This document shows positions 1 through 9,641 of a DNA stretch of 64,000 nt, in pieces. The stretch lies in the NCBI GenBank assembly GCA_015064735.1, contig SVRP01000004.1, forward strand, positions 12,800 through 76,799. Reading direction: 5' to 3'. Positions within the stretch are counted from its first letter, which is position 1, and each line of letters starts with the position of its first letter. Both the position numbers and the translations under genes were made by a program. The notes beneath the pieces were generated by a model, which saw only the letters and a list, made by a program, of their open reading frames with translations, did no database searches and was not told the origin of the DNA. This DNA is from Oscillospiraceae bacterium. GTDB taxonomy: Bacteria > Bacillota > Clostridia > Oscillospirales > CAG-272.

Positions 1-574
1 CGCCTACACCTACTATATGAATGGGGGTGCCGGGAACGTGAAGCTCCTCTCCCTGAATATGTGTAATACCAAGCTTTACGCCTTCATACGTTTCGTCTAT
101 CTCGCCGCCGGGATAGTAGCGGTTGTGGTCGGAAAGGGTAGTAAAATCATAACCCTGCTCGCGGTAATTACCAAGCTGAGCTGCGGGGTCGTGAGAGCCG
201 TCGGAACGGTAGCTGTGAACGTGGAGGTCTCCTCTCATAGGAGTAAGCTCATAGAGATCCTCGTAGAGGGAGTACATAGAAAACGTAGCAAGAGCCTTGC
301 CGTCCTTGGAAAGAATAACGGTGTGCTGCTGCTCGGAGGGGAATGCGTAATCAAACTGAAGAACTCCGCCCTTAGCTATAACCTTGATCACGGTGTGATG
401 TGCGGGATCTTTTCTTTCGGGAACGTCCGAATTAAGAGGAATAAGCGTTACGGTATATTCCTCATCCTCAAAAAGAAGAAAGGCTCTTTCGTTGGGGACA
501 ATTGTTATAGCTGTTTTTTTATCAGCGGGAACGACTGTGGGATAAATAGAATAGTTTTTTGTTTCGGGAAGCAT
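1..574 (-). CDS. PHP-domain metal-dependent phosphoesterase (CehA/McbA-like), N-terminal part; C-terminus lies beyond the window edge
   Basis: Not in ORF track because it runs off the edge. Manual minus-strand translation from ATG (574-572) behind GGAG gives MLPETKNYSIYPTVVPADKK...MRGDLHVHSYRSDGSHDPAAQLGNYREQGYDFTTLSDHN. DLHVH..SDG is the PHP metal motif. The + ORF 17..631 is its antisense shadow. Confidence 0.75.
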   Translation of the reverse strand, partial: MLPETKNYSIYPTVVPADKKTAITIVPNERAFLLFEDEEYTVTLIPLNSDVPERKDPAHHTVIKVIAKGGVLQFDYAFPSEQQHTVILSKDGKALATFSMYSLYEDLYELTPMRGDLHVHSYRSDGSHDPAAQLGNYREQGYDFTTLSDHNRYYPGGEIDETYEGVKLGITHIQGEELHVPGTPIHIVGVG

Positions 575-658
575 TTTTTACTCCTTCTTAATGTTATTTT
601 TGACAAAGATAATTATACACCCAAAAAATAAAAAAGTCAATATAGAAAAAGAATTACC

Positions 659-687
659 TTGACAATGGCGAAATAATATCGTATAAT
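659..687 (+). promoter_or_regulatory. SigA-type promoter of queT leader
   Basis: TTGACA (659-664), 17-nt spacer, TATAAT (682-687). Confidence 0.6.
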
Positions 688-692
688 TTTCC

Positions 693-735
693 TGTGAGTT
701 CGAAACCATCCTCACGTAAAACAAAACTAAGGAGA
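693..735 (+). promoter_or_regulatory. preQ1-I riboswitch
   Basis: Stem GUGAG (694-698) / CUCAC (711-715) with 12-nt loop UUCGAAACCAUC. A-rich tail GUAAAACAAAACUAAGGAG runs into the SD. Same layout as the B. subtilis queC aptamer. Sits upstream of queT. Confidence 0.75.
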
Positions 736-741
736 ATAAAA

Positions 742-1236
742 ATGAATAACGGTGGATCAAACAGGACTAAAAAAATTTGTATTTCTGCGGCGGTGGCGGC
801 ACTTTACGTAGCGTTTACTCTTATTGCGCGACTTATGGGACTTGATAGCGGCATGATACAGATAAGAATATCGGAAATGCTTTGTGTACTGCCAATATTT
901 CTGCCCCCCTCAGTAATAGGGGTAACGGCAGGTTGCTTCTTGTCGAATCTTTTGCTGTCGGGAAACTGGCTTGATATTCTTGTAGGACCCCTGGCGACCC
1001 TCATTGGTGCGCTCGGTACGTATGCGCTCCGAAGGTGGAAATGGATAGCGCCTATGCCCGCAGTCCTTTCAAATGCGCTTATAATTCCGTTTGTACTTGC
1101 GTACGGATACGGAATGGAGGAGGCTATACCTCTTATGATGTTGACGGTTGGACTTGGTGAGCTTATATCGGTTTACGGTCTCGGCTCATATCTTATAGCA
1201 AAGGGAAACGGTATATTCAAGGGATTGCAGTGTTGA
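742..1236 (+). CDS. queT: queuosine precursor transporter QueT (ECF S-component type)
   Basis: ATG 742 lies 7 nt after AAGGAGA. The track start at 694 is a GTG inside the riboswitch. Small multi-pass membrane protein (AALYVAFTL..., GVTAGCFLSNLL) behind a preQ1 riboswitch. Confidence 0.8.
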   Translation: MNNGGSNRTKKICISAAVAALYVAFTLIARLMGLDSGMIQIRISEMLCVLPIFLPPSVIGVTAGCFLSNLLLSGNWLDILVGPLATLIGALGTYALRRWKWIAPMPAVLSNALIIPFVLAYGYGMEEAIPLMMLTVGLGELISVYGLGSYLIAKGNGIFKGLQC

Positions 1237-1276
1237 ATTCCTAAAAATATAAAAATTATCGAATACGGAGGGAAAA

Positions 1277-2956
1277 ATGAAGAAACTACTTTCAATTTTT
1301 TTGGCATTACTTATGGTACTCAGCGTTTTGGCAGCATGTAAGAAATCCTCAGATGAGCAAGACTCCGACAAAAATCCGGGCTTAGAGGCTCCCTCGGGAG
1401 ATGGCTCAAATTCTGTAAGCGATTCGGATTCCAAGGATCAGAATTCCGAAGAAGATTACGACGATACTGTCAAGGTTCCCGACAGCTGGCTTGAAGGCGA
1501 TGACGGTAAGGACTACGGAACTCTTACCCTTAAGCTTCCCAAGAGAATCTACTCAAATTATCCCGCTGTGGAAATAGAGTGTATTTTCTCCAAGCCCGAA
1601 ATGGCAGAGACCCTTGTGTTTACCTCAAGCAAAGAGAGCGTAAAGATAGAAAACGGTAAGGTGTACGCGACGGGTGTAACCACGGTTGGCTATACTGCAA
1701 CAATCACAGCAAAGAGTCAGCACTTTGAGGCAAAGGCAACTATATACGTTGAGAACTACCAGGGATCAACCGCAAACGGCTCAAGTCTGAATCTTGAAAC
1801 ACAGATCGTAACAAGACAGAATCAGATAAAGTCTCACAGTGGAAGTGATGCAGAGAACCTTGAAAATATGGTTCTGTTTGTGGGCGACTCCTTCTTTAAT
1901 CCCGATAACTGGTGGACCGCATTCTATACAGATTATGCAACAAAGAAGGCCTATACCGTAGGAATTTCTTCTACCACCACCGAGGACTGGCAGGTAATTT
2001 CCGAAAAGCTCGTATATCCTTACGAGCCTAAGGCTGTCGTTCTTCACGTAGGAACGAACGATATATTCGACGATGGTGATAGCGGTGCTGAGACTGCCGA
2101 AAGTCTTAAAAAGCTCTTTAATACATATCACGAGCGTATGCCGAATACTAAGATATACTGGTTTAACATCGAGCCTCGTGTAGGCAGGAATTTCACAGAG
2201 CCCAAGGCAGCTAATGACGCAGTCAAGGCATTCGCAGCTGATAAGGATTGGCTCGTAGTTATTGATTCCGCAAGCTGGTGCTTCAACTCTGACGGATCTG
2301 TAAATTCCGCATTCTTCAAGGATAGCGTGCATCCCGCCGATGAAAAATACGCGCTTTACAGACAGGCACTGACCGATGCAGGTCTCGCAATTGAGAACAA
2401 GGCAGGAGCAGGAGACGTTCATTCGGTTCCCAACATCATAAGAGATAAATCCCAGCACGTAGGAACGTCTCACGTAGTTTATAACGGAAGCGAAATAAAG
2501 ACCGAGTACGTTGTTTCGGGAACTCTTACGGTTACCGACGTGGGAAGTAACCCCCACGCGGAATTTCAGTTCAGAGATTATCAGTGCAGATTCCTTATAA
2601 GAGACTATGACAACAACGGTAAATTCGGAGTATGCTGGTCGCTGGGCGGAGCAACAAACGAGGCGGGATACGAGGACTATACCCGCGGAAGCTCATCTCT
2701 CGTTCTTCAGTGGAAGGTAGTATTTACGCAGAAGAACGCATACTTTTACGTAAACGGAACGCTTAAGGCGGTATATTATAACGTTCCGAACCCTTCGCAC
2801 TTTAACCTCAGCACCGAAGCAATGACGGCAACCTTTACCGACATTAAGGTATATACCAAGGCTGCAGATTCGGCGGTTTACAATGAAGCTCTCACAGCTG
2901 TTTCCTCCTATGAAGCACAGGCAGGAACTGCTACAAGAGTTGAAAGAGTAGGCTAA
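1277..2956 (+). CDS. secreted lipoprotein with SGNH/GDSL hydrolase domain and C-terminal beta-rich domain
   Basis: Lipobox signal MKKLLSIFLALLMVLSVLAAC. SGNH blocks FVGDSFF, LHVGTNDI, DSVHP. Good RBS GGAGGG. Confidence 0.85.
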   Translation: MKKLLSIFLALLMVLSVLAACKKSSDEQDSDKNPGLEAPSGDGSNSVSDSDSKDQNSEEDYDDTVKVPDSWLEGDDGKDYGTLTLKLPKRIYSNYPAVEIECIFSKPEMAETLVFTSSKESVKIENGKVYATGVTTVGYTATITAKSQHFEAKATIYVENYQGSTANGSSLNLETQIVTRQNQIKSHSGSDAENLENMVLFVGDSFFNPDNWWTAFYTDYATKKAYTVGISSTTTEDWQVISEKLVYPYEPKAVVLHVGTNDIFDDGDSGAETAESLKKLFNTYHERMPNTKIYWFNIEPRVGRNFTEPKAANDAVKAFAADKDWLVVIDSASWCFNSDGSVNSAFFKDSVHPADEKYALYRQALTDAGLAIENKAGAGDVHSVPNIIRDKSQHVGTSHVVYNGSEIKTEYVVSGTLTVTDVGSNPHAEFQFRDYQCRFLIRDYDNNGKFGVCWSLGGATNEAGYEDYTRGSSSLVLQWKVVFTQKNAYFYVNGTLKAVYYNVPNPSHFNLSTEAMTATFTDIKVYTKAADSAVYNEALTAVSSYEAQAGTATRVERVG

Positions 2957-2961
2957 TAATA

Positions 2962-2996
2962 AAAAACGCTTTTGCAAAATTTTGCAAAAGCGTTTT
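2962..2996. terminator. bidirectional intrinsic terminator between convergent genes
   Basis: AAAAACGCTTTTGCAAA / TTTGCAAAAGCGTTTTT perfect hairpin with A-run and T-run flanks. Confidence 0.8.
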
Positions 2997-3000
2997 TATT

Positions 3001-3564
3001 TTACGGTAAGGCTTCTCCGTTCAGTAAATTGTTAAAAACAGTGTCGTAATCAAAAAGCAGCCTTGCCCCCTGAATGTGAATTATGCGCAGAGAAGCATAA
3101 TTATAAGTGGAAAGCGGACGGTCGAGGGCGTTGTCCGATTGAGCGCAGACTAAAATATCGTTATCGGTTGAACCGCTTATAATGAGGGAATGGTAGTATT
3201 CACCGCTTGAATTTGCAAGCTGTATAATATCTCCAATGCTCATTTCTCTTGCCTGTGCGGCGTTTATGCCGTAAGGACCAACCATTCCGTTGACCTCAGT
3301 AAAGGGAGCGGCTCCCGTCAGAAAATCGTACAGCTCATCGACACCCGTCCATGCGGGAGCTCGATCCTCGGAACTTATGTAGTACCAGCCGAACGTGGGA
3401 GTGTAATTCATAATACCGCATCCCGCAAAGATACATTGGGATACAAAGTTAGTGCAGTTGCCACCTGTGCCTGTAAAGTCAAAGAAAAGCGGGTTTCTTG
3501 ACAATGCCCATTTCCTTGCGTATTCTACAGCTTTTTCCCGGTTATACGGAAGCTCTATAAGCAA
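3001..3564 (-). CDS. putative amidase-domain protein (Amidase_6-like)
   Basis: YNREKAVEYARKWALSRNPLFFDF..GGNCTNFVSQCIFAG matches the putative amidase domain pattern (Y.R..A..YA..WA...NP.Y..F...GG.CTNFVSQC). Confidence 0.75.
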   Translation of the reverse strand: MLIELPYNREKAVEYARKWALSRNPLFFDFTGTGGNCTNFVSQCIFAGCGIMNYTPTFGWYYISSEDRAPAWTGVDELYDFLTGAAPFTEVNGMVGPYGINAAQAREMSIGDIIQLANSSGEYYHSLIISGSTDNDILVCAQSDNALDRPLSTYNYASLRIIHIQGARLLFDYDTVFNNLLNGEALP

Positions 3565-3682
3565 AACATCTTCCTCCTTGATAAATATTTATATTAAAGT
3601 ATATGCAAAAATCGGTTGAACTTGATGATGTTTTATGTTATAATTAATTTAACGTATAACTTTATCTTATGAGGTGCTTGGA

Positions 3683-4825
3683 ATGAGATTTTTACATACT
3701 GCGGATCTGCATCTTGATAGCCCGTTTGCATCATCCGATACGTTTGAGTCGGAATCGAGAAGAGCCGAGCAAAGAGCTGTGCTCGGAAGAATATTTGAAC
3801 TTGCAAAGGAAGAAAAATGTCAGATGATACTGATAGCGGGAGACCTGTTTGACGTAAAAAGTCTGACTCCGGAAACCGAAAAATACGTAACCGAGCTTTT
3901 CGGAGGCGCGGGGATGCCGATAGTTATTGCCCCCGGAAATCATGACCCATACATGGAAGGGTCCTTTTACAGTAAGACCCAATTTTCGGATAACGTATAT
4001 ATCTTTTCATCTAATGAACTCCAGCGGTTTGATTTTCACGAGCTTCGAACGAGGGTTTACGGATACGCATTTACCTCGACTGCGCTGACGTACAGTCCTC
4101 TTAACGGTCAGCCCCCGGCGATAAGGGACGGATACACCGAGATACTTTGCGCTCATGCCGATATTTCCGCTCCCGTATCAAGATATTGCCCCCTGACTGT
4201 AGGAGATATAAAGTCATTCGGACTTGATTATGCCGCGCTTGGACATAATCATAATCAGATAGGCGATATCCTTTCGGGAGACGAAAGCATACGCTATTGC
4301 GGATTTGCAGAGGGAAGAAGCTTTGACGAGCTTGGAGACGGCGGGGTATATATCGTTGACGTTGAGTACGGTGTATCACCTAAAATCGAGAGAAAAACAG
4401 TTTCAAACAGAAGATACGAGATAAGAGAGCTTGATATAAGCGACTGCGAGGATACAGTCGCGCTCAGACACGAAATATCAAGGATTTGTGAGGAATTCGG
4501 AAATGACGGAAGAACGTTTCTACGTCTGTGCCTTGTAGGAAATGCCGAGGCAGGAACCGTATCCGATACCGAAGCTCTTGAAAGGGAGCTCAGCAACGGT
4601 AACGTCTATTTGCAAATAAAGGATCTTACAGTTCCGGTAGCAAACGTGTCCGCTCTTAAAAACGATATATCCTTGAGAGGGGCATTTTATAACGCCTTGC
4701 TTGTGGGATTGAATGATCCCGACCCACAGGTACGGGCAAGAAATACTCTTGCTTTGCGCATAGGGCTTTCTGCCATAGACGGTGGACGAATAGCCGGAGA
4801 GGGAATGAAGTATGAAGATAATTGA
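3683..4825 (+). CDS. DNA repair exonuclease, SbcD/YhaO-like metallophosphoesterase
   Basis: MRFLHTADLHLDSPF, GDLFD and GNHD calcineurin-like motifs. ATG 3683 behind GAGG is preferred over GTG 3674. Confidence 0.85.
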   Translation: MRFLHTADLHLDSPFASSDTFESESRRAEQRAVLGRIFELAKEEKCQMILIAGDLFDVKSLTPETEKYVTELFGGAGMPIVIAPGNHDPYMEGSFYSKTQFSDNVYIFSSNELQRFDFHELRTRVYGYAFTSTALTYSPLNGQPPAIRDGYTEILCAHADISAPVSRYCPLTVGDIKSFGLDYAALGHNHNQIGDILSGDESIRYCGFAEGRSFDELGDGGVYIVDVEYGVSPKIERKTVSNRRYEIRELDISDCEDTVALRHEISRICEEFGNDGRTFLRLCLVGNAEAGTVSDTEALERELSNGNVYLQIKDLTVPVANVSALKNDISLRGAFYNALLVGLNDPDPQVRARNTLALRIGLSAIDGGRIAGEGMKYEDN

Positions 4826-7061
4826 TATTCAGATAATCGAATTCGGCGGACTTGAAAACCGTAGATTTACCCTTGATGGCGGATTGAATGTATTTGAGGG
4901 AGATAACGAAACCGGCAAAAGTACACTGTGGCTCTTTATAAAGTTTATGCTTTACGGTATGGCGAAAAAGGGAACGTCAGAGCGCGAACGCTCCATAAAC
5001 CGACTTTCTCACAGAGCATCGGGAACTATGACTCTTGAATGTGATAACGTAGAATACAGAATAGAGCGAAGCTTTAGCGAAAATTCCCGAGGAAAAGTAG
5101 TAACCTATAGGACAGACACGGGAGAGCGCGTTTTTGCCGATAAAGAGCCGGGAGAAGCACTTCTCGGTGTGGCGAAGGATATATTTGAGAGCAGCTGTGG
5201 AATAGGACAGTCAGCAGCCTCAAGCCTCGGAGGAGAAAAGGGAGCGGCTGCAATAAGAAATATCCTTTCTTCAGCCGACGAAAGCGTAGATATAGATAAA
5301 ATACAAAAGCGACTTGAAGCAATAAGAGTATATTACCGACATAAAAACGGTAAGGGCGGAAAGCTCTACGAAATGTCGGGAAAGATAAATCAGCTGGAGC
5401 AAAGACTCGAAAAGGCATCGGAAAACCGAATGAGAATAGCCGAAATTGAAGAAAAGCTTGAGAAAAACGCTCAGGTAACGGCGCAAAATGAGGAAAAATC
5501 CGAGGAAATAGGCGCGGTAATCGAGACAGCAAGAAAGCGAGAGGTACTGAGACGATTTGATGCTCTTGGTGAAAACCGACGGAAGAAGGCTTCGCTTGAT
5601 GAGCAAATAGAGATGCATAAATCCCGTCATGTAAGAAACGGATACATGCCGGCAGCTACCGACGTGGCAAATCTTAATATGGTTGCATCAAGCGCAGAGC
5701 GAATATCCGCAGCCGTTTCAAATGCCAAGGACGCTCTTTGTGAAGCTGAAAATAATATTCCCTTTGACAGGGAGCTTGCGCAAAAAGGCGAGCTTATAGA
5801 GAAAAACGGCGGTGCGATCGCGCTTAATGAACGTATAAGGAAATCAAAAAAGATCATATTGTTAGGCATCACGCTTTCAGGTATCGGAGTAAGTTTTGCC
5901 TTGGTTGCTGCATTTATTATATTTGTTTCGGTGGTAACGAAGCTTCCGGGAATAATTATTGCTGCCGTAGACCTCGCAATTTCTGCAATCGGTATTGCAG
6001 TTGCATGCGTATGGGGAGCAAAAAACAAGCGGATATGCAGAGAATACGGAAAGAAAAATATAAAAGAACTTTCCGAGTATATCGGTCTGTGTGCGGCTGC
6101 CTATGAAAAAAGAAACGAATATCAAAACAGCCTGCTTGAGCTTAATTCCGATCTCGTCAGAGCAGAGGAGCAAAAAAGGATAATAGAAGCCGACCTCGAA
6201 AGGGCAATAAGAAGGGTATCTCAGGACCTTCCCGTTTCAGCCGAAAACGCAAGGGCAGAGGCTGAGCGTATCAGAAATTTTCTTGATGAATATTCAGCTC
6301 TCGTAAGAGCAAAAGAAAGTATTTGTGCCGTAATTGAGAACGATGAGAAAATTCTTTCTGTATATGACGAGTCCGAGCTGAGAGCATTCGTTGCAGATAG
6401 CGGTGCAAATATTTCCGACAGAGAACTGAGGGATGCGGAAAATAAGCGAAAATTCTACGATGAACAAATAAGAGTGCTCCGCCAAAGAGACAATAATCTT
6501 CGAACAGAGCTTATAAATCTTAAGGCAACGGCGGAGGATCCTACGGCAATAGCCGACAGACTCGCAGAGCTGCGGGAAAGGCATGCGGAGGCGGATAACT
6601 ATTATGAAGCCGTGGTAACGGCAATTGACGGAATAGAAAGAGCTGCGGCATCACTTCAAGGCAATATAACACCGATGATTGGACACAAGGCGGCTAAGAT
6701 GATAGAATATATCAGCAACGGAGCATATTCCGCCGTGAATATGGGGAGAGACCTGAATATATCGCTTACCGACGGAGTTGGTCTTACTACAACAGAGGAA
6801 ATGATGAGTGGAGGAACAAAGGACGCATCCTATCTTGCACTTCGTATATCGCTTATGATGCAGATATTTGAAAAGGAATTGCCTCCGCTGATGATGGACG
6901 AGGTACTGTGTCAGCTTGACGGAACAAGAATGAAGCGAATTATCGGTCTTATCGGCGGGCTCTGCGAAAAGGAAATGCAGTGCTTGCTCTTTACCTGCCA
7001 CGAAAGGGAGGCAGAAGCATGCTCGGAGCTTGGAATAAAGGCTAAAATACACAAAATGTAA
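4812..7061 (+). CDS. AAA/SMC-like ATPase, YhaN/SbcC-like, with central hydrophobic hairpin
   Basis: N-terminal Walker A GDNETGKST, long coiled-coil-like E/K/R-rich regions and a C-terminal ABC-signature-like region. Overlaps the upstream gene by 14 nt. Confidence 0.85.
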   Translation: MKIIDIQIIEFGGLENRRFTLDGGLNVFEGDNETGKSTLWLFIKFMLYGMAKKGTSERERSINRLSHRASGTMTLECDNVEYRIERSFSENSRGKVVTYRTDTGERVFADKEPGEALLGVAKDIFESSCGIGQSAASSLGGEKGAAAIRNILSSADESVDIDKIQKRLEAIRVYYRHKNGKGGKLYEMSGKINQLEQRLEKASENRMRIAEIEEKLEKNAQVTAQNEEKSEEIGAVIETARKREVLRRFDALGENRRKKASLDEQIEMHKSRHVRNGYMPAATDVANLNMVASSAERISAAVSNAKDALCEAENNIPFDRELAQKGELIEKNGGAIALNERIRKSKKIILLGITLSGIGVSFALVAAFIIFVSVVTKLPGIIIAAVDLAISAIGIAVACVWGAKNKRICREYGKKNIKELSEYIGLCAAAYEKRNEYQNSLLELNSDLVRAEEQKRIIEADLERAIRRVSQDLPVSAENARAEAERIRNFLDEYSALVRAKESICAVIENDEKILSVYDESELRAFVADSGANISDRELRDAENKRKFYDEQIRVLRQRDNNLRTELINLKATAEDPTAIADRLAELRERHAEADNYYEAVVTAIDGIERAAASLQGNITPMIGHKAAKMIEYISNGAYSAVNMGRDLNISLTDGVGLTTTEEMMSGGTKDASYLALRISLMMQIFEKELPPLMMDEVLCQLDGTRMKRIIGLIGGLCEKEMQCLLFTCHEREAEACSELGIKAKIHKM

Positions 7062-7071
7062 GAGGATATAT

Positions 7072-7938
7072 ATGCGTAAATATTTGACTAAGGATTATAT
7101 ACAAGAGGGAAACAGCGTTCATATTTTTTCATCTACGAAAAGAGTTATCAGGGAAGCTGAGCATACCCACGATTTTATTGAAATCATATATATTTCCGCG
7201 GGAAAATGTATGCAGACTATAAACGGCGTTGACTATAATGTAAAGCATGGGGACATACTGTTTATCAATTACGGCAGTACACATTCATTCGAATGTGATG
7301 ATAGCTTTTCTTACGTGAATATATGCTTTTCTCCCGAAACACTCGGAGACAAGTTAGTAACCTCGGATAATGCATTTTCGCTTCTGTGTCTTACGGCATT
7401 CGATGAAATGCGAAACGATGCAAACGGAGGTGTCATATCCTTCTTCGGAAATGAGCGTAAGGAAATAGAGAATATTCTTTATGCTATGATTAGCGAGAGT
7501 AAAGAAAAACAGCCCTCATGGGGCAGGGTAACAGAAAATTATCTCAATATTCTTGTAACAAAAATGCTTAGAAAGACTCAAAGGGCGCTCCAGACCCAAA
7601 GTGTAAATAACGTATGGGAGGAGCTGTCGGAGTATATCGACAAAAATCTTGGGGGAGAGCTTACCCTTTCGAGCCTTGCGGGAAAATGCTTTTATAACCC
7701 ATCGTATTTTTCAAGAATGTTCAAGGAAAAATTCGGCACCTCACTCGTGGAATACGTAACCAGAAAGAGACTTGATTATGCTATAGAGCTTCTCGGTATC
7801 AGTGAGCTTTCGATTGAGGAAATATGCGAAAGAGCGGGATTTTCCGACAGAAGCAGCTTTTATTATGCCTTTTCAAAATACGTGGGCAGTACCCCAAGCG
7901 AGTATAGAAATGAAAAAGTAAAAAAATCCGACAAATAG
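7072..7938 (+). CDS. AraC family transcriptional regulator (cupin + HTH)
   Basis: C-terminal AraC HTH (SLAGKCFYNPSYFSRMFKEKFGTS...GFSDRSSFYYAFSKYVGSTPSEYR). Confidence 0.9.
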   Translation: MRKYLTKDYIQEGNSVHIFSSTKRVIREAEHTHDFIEIIYISAGKCMQTINGVDYNVKHGDILFINYGSTHSFECDDSFSYVNICFSPETLGDKLVTSDNAFSLLCLTAFDEMRNDANGGVISFFGNERKEIENILYAMISESKEKQPSWGRVTENYLNILVTKMLRKTQRALQTQSVNNVWEELSEYIDKNLGGELTLSSLAGKCFYNPSYFSRMFKEKFGTSLVEYVTRKRLDYAIELLGISELSIEEICERAGFSDRSSFYYAFSKYVGSTPSEYRNEKVKKSDK

Positions 7939-8028
7939 TGTCTCTAAAGTAAAAATAAAGTATTTCCAATCCTTCCTTTCGGTGATATAATTTAACTGTA
8001 ATATATTACCGAAAGGGAGGATCTTTTT

Positions 8029-9507
8029 ATGCATAAAAACGTACAAATTAAGCTTAATCAAAATGAATATCGCGAAAAGGTATATGCTTGCTGGTTGGGA
8101 AAGAATATAGGAGGAACCATGGGTACACCTTATGAGGGAACTCACGATTATCTCGACATTAAGGGCTTTGCGTCCGAAGCAGGCGCGCCTCTACCCAACG
8201 ACGACCTTGATTTACAGCTTGTATGGCTACATGCTGTTGAGCAGATAGGCAGTCGCGCCATAAACGCATCTACTCTCGGAGAATTCTGGCTTTCATTCCT
8301 TCCTCCTCACTGGAACGAATACGGCATAGGCAAAATAAATATGAAGAGAGGACTTATTCCGCCTCTTGCAGGAGATTACAATAACATCTGGAAGCACTCC
8401 AACGGAGCATGGATACGTACCGAGGTGTGGGCTTGTATGGCTCCTGCTTGTCCCGACATTGCGGCAAAATACGCAATTGAGGACGCAAAGGTAGACCACG
8501 GAATGGGCGAGGGTACGTATGCTGCGGCATTTGTAGCATCAATGCAGTCTGCGGCTTTCGTAGTCAAGGATATAAGAAAGTGCATAGACATCGGACTTTC
8601 TCAAATTCCCGAGGATTGCCGTATGTACGACAGTATCCGTATGGCTATCGACCTTTACGACGCAAAGACTCCCATTAAGGATGCGCGTAACGCTATCCAG
8701 CAGAGAAATGCCGATATAGGCAACGGTTGGTTTGAAGCCCCCTCTAATGTGGCATATGCAGTGCTTGGACTTCTTTACGGAGAGGGAGATTTCAAAAAGA
8801 CTATGATATACGCCATAAACTGCGGAGATGACACCGACTGTACCGGAGCGACCGTAGGCGCGACACTTGGAATTCTCGGCGGAATGGAGATGATACCTGA
8901 GGATTGGAAGGCTCATATCGGAGACGATATCGTAACTATCTCCATAGACCTTGGCGGTGTGTGCCGTAAGGTCCCCAAGACCTGTACAGAGCTTACCGAG
9001 CGTGTAGTTGCCCAGACTCCCCACCTTCTTTTCGATAACGACGCACCTGTTGTTCTTACCGACGGCGAAAATGAGATCCCCGAAAATATCGATGAAATCA
9101 TAGCTTCCTCGTGTAGCACAAGAAATATTCTTGAAGCAACCAAGCCGTATTCCATGCACTTTGACTTTACCTTTGCAAGCGCGGAGGTTACTCTCGACAG
9201 AGCACCCGATATAGCTCCTAACGGAGAAATAGGTGTTCATATAGACTTTATAAATAACCAGCTTGTTTACGATAGAGGCTACTACAACCTTAGCCTCCGT
9301 TGGTGGCTTCCCGATGGATTTGTTGCAGAGGGAGGCAGACAGACTCTCATGCTTCCGAGAAAGGATAAAAAGCAGACGGGTATGATAAGCGTTGACTTCA
9401 CCTTGAAGGCAGGCGAGCAGGTAGCATCCTCTAACCGTTGTGTTCTTGAGGTTGTAGCAGAGGGCAGACATACTCCTATGTATATACCTGTATTGCTTTT
9501 AGGTTAA
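8029..9507 (+). CDS. ADP-ribosylglycohydrolase family protein with about 170-aa C-terminal extension
   Basis: GKNIGGTMGTPYEG, NDDLDLQ and NCGDDTDCTGATVGATLG are family hallmarks. Confidence 0.85.
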   Translation: MHKNVQIKLNQNEYREKVYACWLGKNIGGTMGTPYEGTHDYLDIKGFASEAGAPLPNDDLDLQLVWLHAVEQIGSRAINASTLGEFWLSFLPPHWNEYGIGKINMKRGLIPPLAGDYNNIWKHSNGAWIRTEVWACMAPACPDIAAKYAIEDAKVDHGMGEGTYAAAFVASMQSAAFVVKDIRKCIDIGLSQIPEDCRMYDSIRMAIDLYDAKTPIKDARNAIQQRNADIGNGWFEAPSNVAYAVLGLLYGEGDFKKTMIYAINCGDDTDCTGATVGATLGILGGMEMIPEDWKAHIGDDIVTISIDLGGVCRKVPKTCTELTERVVAQTPHLLFDNDAPVVLTDGENEIPENIDEIIASSCSTRNILEATKPYSMHFDFTFASAEVTLDRAPDIAPNGEIGVHIDFINNQLVYDRGYYNLSLRWWLPDGFVAEGGRQTLMLPRKDKKQTGMISVDFTLKAGEQVASSNRCVLEVVAEGRHTPMYIPVLLLG

Positions 9508-9588
9508 GACTCTTGGTTAAAAATTAAAAAAAGTTTTATGGCTTTTTGGTGTTTTTGCCCATGGCGAAAAAAAGAAAAATATGGTATA

Positions 9589-9628
9589 ATATCAGTTGGA
9601 AGGATATCCTTCCAACTGATATTTTTTT
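9589..9628 (+). terminator. intrinsic terminator downstream of 8029..9507
   Basis: 15-bp perfect hairpin ATATCAGTTGGAAGG-ATAT-CCTTCCAACTGATAT followed by TTTTTT. Confidence 0.7.
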
Positions 9629-9641
9629 AGGACGGTGTGAT

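Noticed and set aside
17-631. 204-aa plus-strand ORF at the window start
   Set aside because: No RBS and a low-complexity, V/G/L-rich translation. It is the antisense shadow of a clearly recognisable PHP-domain gene on the minus strand (ATG 574-572 with GGAG RBS).
7969-8021. 13-bp hairpin (TCCTTCCTTTCGGT ... ACCGAAAGGGAGGA) enclosing a TGATATAAT box and pairing with the SD of the ADP-ribosylglycohydrolase gene
   Set aside because: Most simply read as the terminator of the upstream AraC gene overlapping the next promoter. A transcript from the internal -10 would lack the 5' arm, so SD sequestration is doubtful. No known riboswitch motif.
8539-9471. 310-aa minus-strand ORF inside the ADP-ribosylglycohydrolase gene
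   Set aside because: Antisense shadow ORF. It has no recognisable motifs, whereas the plus-strand frame carries family hallmarks.
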